NCBI GenBank assembly: GCA_965237805.1
Contig: OZ250153.1
Location: 384,001 to 448,000 of the forward strand
Origin: Gammaproteobacteria bacterium
GTDB lineage: Bacteria > Pseudomonadota > Gammaproteobacteria > JABABF01
Direction: 5' to 3'
DNA: 64,000 nt
Of the stretch, positions 21,488-30,775 are shown piece after piece. The first letter of the stretch is position 1; each line of letters begins with the position of its first letter. The notes under the pieces were generated by a model. That model ran no database searches, had not been told where the DNA came from, and saw nothing but the letters and a program-made list of their open reading frames with translations. The position numbers were made by a program, and so were the translations under genes.

Positions 21488-22933
21488 CTACTCCCGCCCC
21501 GGCATCAATTGTGCCGCCTCGGCGCGCTGGGCGACGATGCCGGTGGCGCGCTCCTCCAGCAAGAACAACAAATAATTGCTACGACTCGACACCAGCGTGT
21601 GCAACAGCACCGTGGGAATGGCCACACACAGGCCGAGCACTGTGGTCACCAGCGCTTGGGAAATACCGCCAGCCATCGCCTTGGGATCGCCCGCGCCGAA
21701 GATGACGATGCCTTGGAAGGTCAAAATCATCCCGGTCACCGTGCCGAGCAAGCCCATCAACGGTGCCACAGCGGCGATGATTTTGAGGAAGCCATGGCCG
21801 GACTCCAGCGGACTGCGCTCGTGCAGAATGGCTTCCGCCAACTTCAGCTCCAACGCTTCTGTGTCCAGATTGCGGGCTTTATCGTAGACCGCCAACAGGC
21901 GTCCCAAGGGGTTGGTGATCATAATTTGATCGGACTTCAGCTGGCGCCGCACACCGCGCCGCACATGGCCCAAGTAGAACAGGCGCCACAGGGCGAGCAA
22001 CAGGGCAAAGCCACCCAGCGCAGTGATCAGGTAGCCGATGATGCCACCTTGGCTATGGCGCTCGCGCAGCGTCGGAGCATCGATCAGTGAGGCCAGCAGT
22101 GAGCCGCCAGTGGGGCCGGTGGGGTCCACAGCAAAAGCGCGAAACGCTCCTCGCTTCACCTTGCCATCAAATAGCGTCCTAGCCCAGTTACCAAAGGGAC
22201 CTGCTGGCTGGCGCGGCAACTCTTCCAGCGACTCACTGCCCGGTATGACGGCCAGGTATTTGCCCGACTCGTCCACCACATTGAACACGCCGACCCGAGC
22301 GACACTGCGCTTGTCCTTGGTGCCATCAGGTGCCGTCACCGTCGCTGAGAACAGCACCACTTGGCCAGCTGCAGTCATCTCGCGCTGCAACTCGAACCAC
22401 AAACGCTCCATCTCGTCGATACTGGGCAAGCGGTCGCCAGCATCGAGTTTGCTGACCCACTGATCCAAGAATGTCAAGCGCCCGGTGTACTGAGCGCTGG
22501 CTGGCGAGGTTTCAATATTGCCGCGCAAATCGCTGGCGGCGACTTGCAGATGCCCGAATAGCTCGGTCAGGGAGCCGAGTGCCTCGCGCAGTTGCAGCTG
22601 CTTTTCGCCAATTTTCTGGCGGTTGGCCTCGAAGACCTTCTCCAAGCGCAGGCTGCGCTCCTCCTCCAGCGCCAACTCGCGCTCGGTCTGACGCAACAGC
22701 GCCTCGCGCTGATCACGATTTTTGCGGAAGCGCGCTTCGCGTTGGCGGTTCAGACGAGATTCAGCTGTGAGCCCTTGCTGCATCTGGATCAACAGCTCTT
22801 CCAAGCTCTGCGCTTGCTGCTCTTGACCCTGCTGTTGTGCCTGCGCCATAGCGCTCGGCCCCAGCGTCGACAGGGCCATGCCCAATGCGAGCAGGACATA
22901 GAGGGCGGCACCCATGATGCTGCGCACTTTCAT
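21488..22933 (-). CDS. TtpC-like large MotA/TolQ/ExbB protein
   Basis: Signal peptide, coiled coil, DPT motif, C-terminal APLMGLLGTVTGMI...GGISQALVTT. Confidence 0.88.
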   Translation of the reverse strand: MKVRSIMGAALYVLLALGMALSTLGPSAMAQAQQQGQEQQAQSLEELLIQMQQGLTAESRLNRQREARFRKNRDQREALLRQTERELALEEERSLRLEKVFEANRQKIGEKQLQLREALGSLTELFGHLQVAASDLRGNIETSPASAQYTGRLTFLDQWVSKLDAGDRLPSIDEMERLWFELQREMTAAGQVVLFSATVTAPDGTKDKRSVARVGVFNVVDESGKYLAVIPGSESLEELPRQPAGPFGNWARTLFDGKVKRGAFRAFAVDPTGPTGGSLLASLIDAPTLRERHSQGGIIGYLITALGGFALLLALWRLFYLGHVRRGVRRQLKSDQIMITNPLGRLLAVYDKARNLDTEALELKLAEAILHERSPLESGHGFLKIIAAVAPLMGLLGTVTGMILTFQGIVIFGAGDPKAMAGGISQALVTTVLGLCVAIPTVLLHTLVSSRSNYLLFLLEERATGIVAQRAEAAQLMPGRE

Positions 22934-23724
22934 CGCAGTCCCCTCGCCAACGGCACCTTCATCAACTCGATAGCCGCCTGTTTGCGCGCGATGCGCAAAC
23001 CGCGGCTCAAGGCACCGCGCCAGACCGGAATCGCCAGCGGCACCCACGCCTTGGTATCGGTATCCCAAGTGCCGACACGCTCGCCATCAGTAGTCTGGTA
23101 GAGCAAGGAAATACGACCGATGCGCAACACATTGATCTCGCGCGCAACCCCGTCTATCTGTGCTTCGGTGCGGTAGTTGTCGATCTTGCGGCCATATTCC
23201 AATTCGATGGAATATGCCTCGAGAATCTGGCGGAACTTCTCCGCCTCGCTGAGATCATCGCGGCCGAGGTTGTTGCGCAACAGCGTGATGCGCTGGCGGC
23301 GCTCATTGAGATGGAAAGGCAAGTCGAGCTCGATGAAGCGAGCCAAGCCTTCGACCATGCGTGTGCCAAGACCGGGAATTTGGCGCTGCACTGCCACCGC
23401 ATCGCGTATCGATTTTTCCAAGTCGATCAAGCGCTGCCGCTGGCGTTTGATCTGCTGCTCTAAGCGCCCGTTGTAGCTCCGCAAGCCCTCCAGTTCCTTG
23501 AGCATCCGGCGGTAGTCACGGAAGTGCTGTTGCGCGCTGTTGGCCAATTGGTCGACGCGCTTTTGCGAGCTTTGGCCGTTCTTGGTTTGCACTTGGGCAA
23601 CCCGCAACACATCGTCGAGGGTGTCGGCACGCGCCACTGGCGCAGCTGGCAAAGCCAGTAAAAATAACAACAGGAAAGTGCAGGCAGCACTGTGAGACTG
23701 CCAATCATTTCTGAAAAATCGCAC
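22930..23724 (-). CDS. DUF3450 family protein (TtpB-like); start approximate
   Basis: DLPF...ER, EKFRQILEAY.IE..YG, LRIGRISL; first gene of the cluster. Confidence 0.82.
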   Translation of the reverse strand: MRFFRNDWQSHSAACTFLLLFLLALPAAPVARADTLDDVLRVAQVQTKNGQSSQKRVDQLANSAQQHFRDYRRMLKELEGLRSYNGRLEQQIKRQRQRLIDLEKSIRDAVAVQRQIPGLGTRMVEGLARFIELDLPFHLNERRQRITLLRNNLGRDDLSEAEKFRQILEAYSIELEYGRKIDNYRTEAQIDGVAREINVLRIGRISLLYQTTDGERVGTWDTDTKAWVPLAIPVWRGALSRGLRIARKQAAIELMKVPLARGLR

Positions 23725-23808
23725 AGGGACAACCCCAGAGCTCACAGAAGACCACTCAATTGTAGCACTGGCGGACAAAGCCCTAAGCAGCGGGATAGAC
23801 CCGCTGGG

Positions 23809-24327
23809 CTAGGCCGCTCGCTCAAAGACACGGAAAAGGCTGGGATGATCATCGCCATCGCCCGCATCCTGCGCCGATCGTTCGACCTCGCACCACCGAT
23901 CGAAATCGATGTGCGGCATCCAGCGGTCGCCTGGCGGAGAACTCAATACTTCAGTCAGATAGATGCGATGGCTCAATGGCAGAGCCTCCTCGAACACCCG
24001 GGCACCGCCGATCACCGCGATCTCCAGCGCCGCGGAGCGCCGCGCGCTGTCGGTGGCCAACTCCAGTGCCTGCTCCAGCGACGGCGCGCAACGCACACCG
24101 CGCACCGCGCAGCGGCGACTGCAGATGACGATGTTGTCACGCCCCGGCAAGGCACGCCCGATGCTCTCGCAAGTGCCCCGCCCCATCACCAGCGGCTTCG
24201 CCATCGTCAGCCGACGGAAGCGGCGCAGGTCGGAGGCCAAATGCCAAGGCAATTTACCTCGATTGCCGATGACGCGGTTACTGGCCATCGCCGCCACCAG
24301 CGCGACGGGAATCGCGGGCAGGCTCAT
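23809..24327 (-). CDS. folA: Dihydrofolate reductase
   Basis: NRVIG...LPWHLASD...F, VMGRGT.ESIGRALPGR, VIGG. Confidence 0.94.
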   Translation of the reverse strand: MSLPAIPVALVAAMASNRVIGNRGKLPWHLASDLRRFRRLTMAKPLVMGRGTCESIGRALPGRDNIVICSRRCAVRGVRCAPSLEQALELATDSARRSAALEIAVIGGARVFEEALPLSHRIYLTEVLSSPPGDRWMPHIDFDRWCEVERSAQDAGDGDDHPSLFRVFERAA

Positions 24328-25292
24328 CAGACTGCCACCGGAGCGGCGATATGCGGGTGTGGCCGGTAGCGGCGCAGATTGATATGCCGATCCCACCAAG
24401 GCTGGCTGCCATAGGCGCGCCGCTTGGGCTGCCCATTGGGCTGCTCGATGCCCGCTAACGGCAGATCTAATTGCAGCTCCCGGCGCATGACGATCTTCTC
24501 CCCACGCCTGAGATCCTTGGGCGGTGGGATCGGGTCGGGCAGTTTGGGTTTGGCGCTTAGGGGGGCGAGGAAGTACGCGCAGATCTCATCGCTCAGCTGC
24601 AATTCTGGCAACGGACGCGGTTTGCGCCCCAGCTGAGTGCGGGCCTGCTCCACATGGTTGTCGTACAGATGTACATCCCCCAGCGAGATGACAAAATCGC
24701 CCGGTGCGAGACCGGTCAAACGCGCCATCATCATCGTCAGCAAGGAATAGGAAGCAATGTTGAAAGGCAGGCCGAGGAAGATGTCGGCACTGCGCTGGTA
24801 GAGCTGGCAGGACAAGCGCCCATCGGCGACATAGAACTGGAACAGCAGGTGGCATGGCGGCAGGGCCATGCGTGGCAGGTCACCGACATTCCAAGCGCTG
24901 ACGATCAGGCGCCGCGAACTGGGATCGTGGCGAATCGCTTCGAGTACCGACCAGATCTGATCGTGTGGGGCCGCCTCAGGATGGGTGCGCCAAGTGCGCC
25001 ATTGGGCACCGTAAACCGGCCCCAAATCGCCACCGTCATCGGCCCATTCATTCCAAATACGCACCCCATGCTGCTGCAAATAATGGACATTGGTTTCGCC
25101 GCGCAGGAACCATGCCAGTTCATAGACCACCGACCGGAAGTGCAGCTTCTTGGTGGTCAGCAACGGCAAGCCCTCGCTGAGGGAGAAGCGCAATTGACGC
25201 CCGAAGATGCTGCGCGTACCGGTGCCGGTGCGGTCGGCACGTGCCACACCACTCTCCAACACCTCACGCATCAGTTCCAGATATTGTCGCAA
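24327..25292 (-). CDS. thyA: Thymidylate synthase with C-terminal insertion
   Basis: [35 protein letters not shown]; ends APVAV. Confidence 0.96.
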   Translation of the reverse strand: MRQYLELMREVLESGVARADRTGTGTRSIFGRQLRFSLSEGLPLLTTKKLHFRSVVYELAWFLRGETNVHYLQQHGVRIWNEWADDGGDLGPVYGAQWRTWRTHPEAAPHDQIWSVLEAIRHDPSSRRLIVSAWNVGDLPRMALPPCHLLFQFYVADGRLSCQLYQRSADIFLGLPFNIASYSLLTMMMARLTGLAPGDFVISLGDVHLYDNHVEQARTQLGRKPRPLPELQLSDEICAYFLAPLSAKPKLPDPIPPPKDLRRGEKIVMRRELQLDLPLAGIEQPNGQPKRRAYGSQPWWDRHINLRRYRPHPHIAAPVAV

Positions 25293-25301
25293 GATACCCC
25301 C

Positions 25302-26915
25302 TCAGGCACTCGGCAAACGCGGCCTGTGCAAACGCCACAGGACGGCGAGGCCGGCCGCCACCATCAGCATAGAGAGCAGCTGCCCCCGACTCATCCAGCC
25401 GAAGAAATCGAAGCCGATGTGGGCGTCGGGTTCACGGTAGAACTCCACCGCGAAACGCAAGCTGCCGTAGCCGATCATAAAGAGTGCTGTCACCGAGCCA
25501 GCAACCGGCCGCCGCGCTGCCCAGAAGCGCAACAGCACGAAAAGCAATAGCCCCTCCAGCAAGGCCTCGTAGAGCGGCGATGGATGGCGCGCCAAGCCCA
25601 GCGCGTCGCGCTCGAAGACCACCCCCCACGCCCCGCCGGTGGGCCGCCCCCACAGTTCTTGGTTGATGAAGTTGCCGATGCGGCCCAAAAACAACCCCAG
25701 CGGCGCAACTTGAGCCAAGATGTCCAACAGGCGCAAATAGTCGACTCCATGGCGGCGGCTGTAGAGGAAAGCACCGAGCACAACACCGATCAGACCGCCA
25801 TGAAAAGACATGCCGCCAGTGTGGATGGCGAATAGCCACAGCGGATCGCCCAAGAAATGCTCGAAGCCATAGAACAGCACATAGCCGACGCGACCGCCGA
25901 TGACAACACCACCGATGAGCCACAGTAAGGCGTCTTCGATCTGTCCAGGACGCAGCGGCGAGCCTGGCTGGCGACTGTAGTAACGCTCGATCAACCACCA
26001 AGCCAGCATGAAGGATAGGCCATACATCAGCCCGTACCAGTGCACTTGCAGCGGTCCTAAGCGCAAAGCCACCGGATCGATGATGCGGTAATACCACGGC
26101 CCCGGGGGCAACAGCTGCCACAGCTGCGCGCCGACTACGCCCAACAGCAACGAAGCGAATAACACGCGCAGCAACCAGCCGGGCAGGCGGTGCGCGAGCG
26201 CGACACCGAGCGGTGCGGCGATCAGGCCACCCAGCGCCAACCCCACCACCGCTGGCAGGTAGACAAAACCGATGCTGCCAGACGGCGGCGATGTTTGCAT
26301 TGTCCCCAGCCCGACCAGGCTGTAGCCGATGGTGCCGCCGATCGCGATGAACAGCCCGCAGGCGGCAGATGCGGCAACTGCGCGCTGCATCTCGTAGCGG
26401 CGCCAGTGCAGATAGGGCACCGTCAACGAGCCGCCGCCGATACCGGCAAAAGCCGCCAAAAAACCGATAGCTGCGCCGACGATGGGACGCTCAGCGCGGC
26501 GCGGCGCGGTGGCGGCGGCAGCGGCCTGACGGCGGTCGAGCAGCAAACTGCCAGCCAAGATGGCGAGCAGCAGCAAGGTGATGGTGCGCAAGGCTCCGGC
26601 ATCCAGTTGGGCGGCCACCACGCTGCCAGCCACCACGCCCACCGCCATCGCCGGACCCAGCTCGCGCACTGCACACCAATCCACCGCAGCGCGACGGTGA
26701 TGTGCCACGGTGGCTGCCAAAGCGCTGACGGCGATCGCCGTCAGTGAGGTGCCCAAGGCCATATGTGGCAACCACTCCTCGGGGAAATCCAGCACGGCAA
26801 AGTTGATCAACAGAAAGGGCACGATGATGATGCCGCCGCCGATACCGAACAGGCCGCCGCCCAGACCGGCCAGCGCCCCCACCACCGGGTACCACCAAAG
26901 TGCTAGCCAATCCAT
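25302..26915 (-). CDS. lgt: TauE/SafE (TSUP) transporter fused to prolipoprotein diacylglyceryl transferase
   Basis: N-half has GLFGIGGG/GIGGGS TSUP repeats. C-half has IDPV...HWYG, GGR.GY, GGMSFHGG, GR.GNFINQELWG, RHPS.LYE, EFYREPD. Confidence 0.88.
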   Translation of the reverse strand: MDWLALWWYPVVGALAGLGGGLFGIGGGIIIVPFLLINFAVLDFPEEWLPHMALGTSLTAIAVSALAATVAHHRRAAVDWCAVRELGPAMAVGVVAGSVVAAQLDAGALRTITLLLLAILAGSLLLDRRQAAAAATAPRRAERPIVGAAIGFLAAFAGIGGGSLTVPYLHWRRYEMQRAVAASAACGLFIAIGGTIGYSLVGLGTMQTSPPSGSIGFVYLPAVVGLALGGLIAAPLGVALAHRLPGWLLRVLFASLLLGVVGAQLWQLLPPGPWYYRIIDPVALRLGPLQVHWYGLMYGLSFMLAWWLIERYYSRQPGSPLRPGQIEDALLWLIGGVVIGGRVGYVLFYGFEHFLGDPLWLFAIHTGGMSFHGGLIGVVLGAFLYSRRHGVDYLRLLDILAQVAPLGLFLGRIGNFINQELWGRPTGGAWGVVFERDALGLARHPSPLYEALLEGLLLFVLLRFWAARRPVAGSVTALFMIGYGSLRFAVEFYREPDAHIGFDFFGWMSRGQLLSMLMVAAGLAVLWRLHRPRLPSA

Positions 26916-27466
26916 CAGCCGAGCGCCTCTGTGGCGCTCGGTAGAGAGCTGTGTCCGGTGCGGCACAGCGCATTGTGTGCCGGGCACAAATCGCTCAGTA
27001 CAGCGCGATAGACCGTGCGCTTGAAGTCGACAATGCAGTGCAGTGGATACCAGTAGCTAACCCAGCGCCAAGCATCGAACTCCGGCTTGGCCACCGCTGT
27101 GGGTCGCACCAAATGATCGCTGTCGCCACCGCCGCGCAACTGCAATAAAAACCAACGCTGACGCTGACCGCGAAAGGGGAGCAAGGGATTGCGCCGCCAC
27201 ACCGGCACCTCATAGCTGAACCATTCACTGGCGACGGCGACGAGGCGCAACATCTGGCGCTCCAACGCCAACTCCTCTGCCAACTCGCGCCACAAAGCTT
27301 GTTCTGGACTCTCAGCGCGGTCGATACCGCCCTGGGGAAACTGCCAGAGCTGCGCGCCATCACGATGCAGCGTACTGCGGCGGCGGCAGAGCAAGACCCG
27401 GCCGCCACCATCGGCGATCACCGCCGCCACATTGGGTCGTAAACCCCAGCGCTTGGCCTCACTCAT
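26915..27466 (-). CDS. rppH: RNA pyrophosphohydrolase
   Basis: RPNV, WQFPQGG, Nudix box, GQRQRWF, PEFD.WRWVSYWYP...VDFKR.VY. Confidence 0.93.
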   Translation of the reverse strand: MSEAKRWGLRPNVAAVIADGGGRVLLCRRRSTLHRDGAQLWQFPQGGIDRAESPEQALWRELAEELALERQMLRLVAVASEWFSYEVPVWRRNPLLPFRGQRQRWFLLQLRGGGDSDHLVRPTAVAKPEFDAWRWVSYWYPLHCIVDFKRTVYRAVLSDLCPAHNALCRTGHSSLPSATEALG

Positions 27467-27546
27467 CCCAACCGTCTCGGTGCTGCGTGTCCAGCATGAC
27501 ATTACATTATGATTGTCGCCATTCTACGCCCCCGGCGACCACCCCT

Positions 27547-28209
27547 GTGCGCACCATCGCCATATTCGATCTGGACAACACGCTGCTGGCTGGCGACAGC
27601 GACTTTCTGTGGGGAGAGTTCTTGGCCGAGCACGGCTTGGTGGACGCTGCATGGCGTGAGCGCAATGCGTCATTCTTCGATGATTACCAAAAACACCGGC
27701 TCGACGAACAGGCCTATCTGCGCTTCAGCTTGGACACACTGCGCCAGCGCTCGATCAGCGCTTGGCAAGCTTGGCGCCAACGTTTTCTCAGCGAGCGCAT
27801 CCGGCCAATTATCGCGCCGGGTAGCCGGGACTTGATCGCATACCACCGCCGTTGTGGCCACCTGCTCGTCATCGCCACCAGCACCAACCGCTTTGTGACC
27901 GAGCCCATCGCCGCGCAGTTCGGCATCGACCATCTGATCGCCACCGAATTCACCGTGCACGGCGGCAAGTTCAGTGGGCTGTCGCGCAGCGGGGGCTGTA
28001 TCGGAGCGGCCAAATTACGCCAGCTGAATCGCTGGCTCAGACGGCGGCGACTGTTGCTGGCACGCAGCTTCGCCTATAGTGATTCAGCGGTCGACCTACC
28101 CTTGCTGGCGGCGGTCGATGTGCCGGTGGCGGTAGATCCAGAACCGCGGCTCGCACTTGCGGCGAGACGCCGCGGCTGGGCGGTGATCAGCTTGCGCGAT
28201 AGCTCCTGA
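27547..28209 (+). CDS. HAD-IB family hydrolase (possible histidinol-phosphatase)
   Basis: FDLDNTL, IATSTN, AYSDS..D; divergent from rppH. HisB in this window is monofunctional. Confidence 0.88.
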   Translation: MRTIAIFDLDNTLLAGDSDFLWGEFLAEHGLVDAAWRERNASFFDDYQKHRLDEQAYLRFSLDTLRQRSISAWQAWRQRFLSERIRPIIAPGSRDLIAYHRRCGHLLVIATSTNRFVTEPIAAQFGIDHLIATEFTVHGGKFSGLSRSGGCIGAAKLRQLNRWLRRRRLLLARSFAYSDSAVDLPLLAAVDVPVAVDPEPRLALAARRRGWAVISLRDSS

Positions 28210-28253
28210 CACAGTACCGAAGACAACAATCTCAATCGATATCAGGAGACGAT

Positions 28254-28913
28254 ATGGACATTCAGGCAACCCCTAGCGGCAAACAACTGGAAGCATTGGA
28301 AGCACTGTGCGAAGCGGTTGGCGCGCTGTGCGAAGAAGTGCGGCGCAGCACGGCACCGCCCGAGTTGATGGGGCGGGCGCGGCAGTTGACCGAGGAGGCC
28401 AGTGAGCTGCTGGCACCGCACCGCTTCACAGGACAATTGGCGCAATTCGCACTGGACGGCGGCCAGCTGCCACCACCCTTTGAACAGGCTCCAGTGGTGG
28501 CGGGTCAGGAACATAATATGGTGCGGAAAATGCCCTACAGTCCGATTCAAGGGCTCTGCAACCCGATGTCGCAGCGCTTCGTGATCAACTTGGCTCCGGG
28601 TGGTCGCGCACACGGCAGTGGCAGCTTTCCGGGCTGCAATGCCGGCCCACCCGGCTGCGCCCACGGCGGCCTGATCGCGGCGCTATTCGACGAGCTGTTG
28701 AGCGTGGCTGCGATAGCGGCCGGACGCAGCGGTTTCACGGCGCGGCTAGCGATCGATTATCTGGCTCCGACACCGCATGGGCGGGATGTGCAGTTCAGCT
28801 CAAAGCTGGCGCGCACCGAGGGGCGCAAAGCCTATGTCGAGGGCGAGATACGCGATGGCGACACTGTCACCGCCCGCGCCGAAGGGCTGTTCGTGCGCCC
28901 GCGCGGTAGCTGA
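28254..28913 (+). CDS. PaaI-family thioesterase
   Basis: GPPGCAHGGLIAALFDE, TARL.IDY..PTP. Confidence 0.88.
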   Translation: MDIQATPSGKQLEALEALCEAVGALCEEVRRSTAPPELMGRARQLTEEASELLAPHRFTGQLAQFALDGGQLPPPFEQAPVVAGQEHNMVRKMPYSPIQGLCNPMSQRFVINLAPGGRAHGSGSFPGCNAGPPGCAHGGLIAALFDELLSVAAIAAGRSGFTARLAIDYLAPTPHGRDVQFSSKLARTEGRKAYVEGEIRDGDTVTARAEGLFVRPRGS

Positions 28914-28940
28914 CAGCGTATGGGGAGAGGCCCCGACGCC

Positions 28941-29462
28941 CTAGCCCGCCAGCTCCTTGAGCAGGCCCGCCAAGTCGTCGGCGTGCTCTTCCTCCATCGC
29001 CAAGATCCCCTCCAACATGCGCCGCGTCGTCGGATCATCCGCGCCGAGGTAGCTGATCATCTCACGAGAGCTGTCGATGGCGATACGCTCGGCGACCAAA
29101 TCCTCTTTGATCATCTCGCGCAAGCTCGCGCCAGCCACATACTCGGCATGGCTGTGCGCAGACAAACCATCGGGGGAGAAATCGGGCTCACCACCCAGCT
29201 GGATGATGCGCGCCGCGATTTCATCGGCATGGGCCTGTTCTTCGTTGGCGTGCTCAAGGAACTCTTGGGCGATACTTTGGGCATTGATGCCAGCGGCCAT
29301 AAAGTGGTGTCGCCGATAGCGCAAGACACAGCTCAGCTCGGTGGCCAAGGACTCGTTGAGTAGGCGGATGACGGTGTCGCGATCGGCGTTGGAACCGGGC
29401 GTGACTGCGCCGCGCTCGATGTGTTCTCTGGCGCGGGCACGGAGGGTGGGAATATCACTCAA
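28941..29462 (-). CDS. Ferritin-like (bacterioferritin/Dps-like) protein; start uncertain, possible early stop upstream
   Basis: LATEL, EEQAHAD, AERIAI, DPTTRR, EEEHADD. Confidence 0.85.
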   Translation of the reverse strand: MSDIPTLRARAREHIERGAVTPGSNADRDTVIRLLNESLATELSCVLRYRRHHFMAAGINAQSIAQEFLEHANEEQAHADEIAARIIQLGGEPDFSPDGLSAHSHAEYVAGASLREMIKEDLVAERIAIDSSREMISYLGADDPTTRRMLEGILAMEEEHADDLAGLLKELAG

Positions 29463-29551
29463 TCAGCTGTGCTTGTCCATATCATGCAATGCGCAGTAGA
29501 CCGCTGACCGTGGCCTGTCATGATAGCTGCGGCAGGTCCTGCGGCAGCAGT

Positions 29552-30775
29552 CTAGGCTCCCATCGCCCGGTGGGCAAAAAAGCGTTTCAGTGCTGGCGAG
29601 CGATCGACCCAACGCAGGCCCTCGTTGCGCGCCAAACGCAGTAGTGGGTGGCGCGCAGCAAACAGCTGCTGCAGACCGGCCATTGATCCCAGCATGGCTA
29701 GATTGTGCTCGCGACACCGACGCTGGTAACGCAGCAAGGGCTGGAGCGCTCCCATCGCGCCACCCGACCGCCGCCAGCGCAGCAGCTCCTCGCCCAGCAC
29801 GGCGACATCTGTCAAGCCTAGATTGAGGCCCTGCCCAGCCAAGGGATGTACCGCACGCACCGCATCGCCGACCAAGACACAGCCGGGGCGGGCATAGTCT
29901 TCGGCGTGCCGCTGGCTGAGCGCGAAGGAGACGCGCGACCCGACCGCTCGCACCACCCCCAGACGGTGCTCAAAAGAGCGCGCCAAAGCGCGGCAGAATG
30001 CGCTGTCTTCCAGTGCCAGCAGAGCGGTGGCCACATCGCTGTCCGCCGACCACACCACCGAGCAGAAATGACCGCCACCACCGGCCAGCGGTAGAAATGC
30101 CAACGGGCCGTGCTCGGTGAAACGCTGCCAAGCCGTGTCCTGATGCACCCGCTCGGTCTGGGCCACCACCGCGATGGCGGTCTGGCGGCAATCCCAAACG
30201 CGGTGGTCGATGCCCGCCAACTTGCGCACCGCCGAGCGAGCACCGTCGGCACCGATGACCAAAGCTGCGCTGAGACGGCTGCCATCAGCCAAGGACAAGT
30301 GCGCCGGCTCGCCCTCCACCAGCGGCAACTGCAAGGCGCTGAGCCCGGTGCCGCGCAGCAGCTGCAGCCCATCTTGGGAGGCGACCAGCTGGCTCAGCGA
30401 GTGCTCGATGGCATCCTGCTCGACAATCCAACCCAGCGCGGTATCGGTCGCGCTCAGTTCGGCAGCGTCGAAGCAGACACCACCGCTGCCGTCGGCATCC
30501 CATACCCGCATCTGCGCGTAGGGACAGATGCGAGCTGGCGGCAACAGCTGCCACGCGCCAACACGCTCCAACAAAGTACGTGAAGCCGGGCTCAGCGCCG
30601 CTGTGCGGGCGGAAAAATCGCTTGGGGTGCCCGGCTCTGCCACCACCGCTGGCGGCGGTGCAGCGGTGTGCGCCTCGATCAAGCTGATACGCAGCGGCGT
30701 CTCGGCGAACAGGCGCGCCAAGCTGCAGCCGACGACGCCAGCGCCGACAATGGCGAGATCAAAATCCGGCGGCAC
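29552..30775 (-). CDS. ubiI: UbiI/UbiF-family FAD-dependent ubiquinone hydroxylase
   Basis: IVGAGVVG, GADGARS.VR, GDA...HPLAGQGLNLG; follows ubiH. Confidence 0.8.
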   Translation of the reverse strand: MPPDFDLAIVGAGVVGCSLARLFAETPLRISLIEAHTAAPPPAVVAEPGTPSDFSARTAALSPASRTLLERVGAWQLLPPARICPYAQMRVWDADGSGGVCFDAAELSATDTALGWIVEQDAIEHSLSQLVASQDGLQLLRGTGLSALQLPLVEGEPAHLSLADGSRLSAALVIGADGARSAVRKLAGIDHRVWDCRQTAIAVVAQTERVHQDTAWQRFTEHGPLAFLPLAGGGGHFCSVVWSADSDVATALLALEDSAFCRALARSFEHRLGVVRAVGSRVSFALSQRHAEDYARPGCVLVGDAVRAVHPLAGQGLNLGLTDVAVLGEELLRWRRSGGAMGALQPLLRYQRRCREHNLAMLGSMAGLQQLFAARHPLLRLARNEGLRWVDRSPALKRFFAHRAMGA

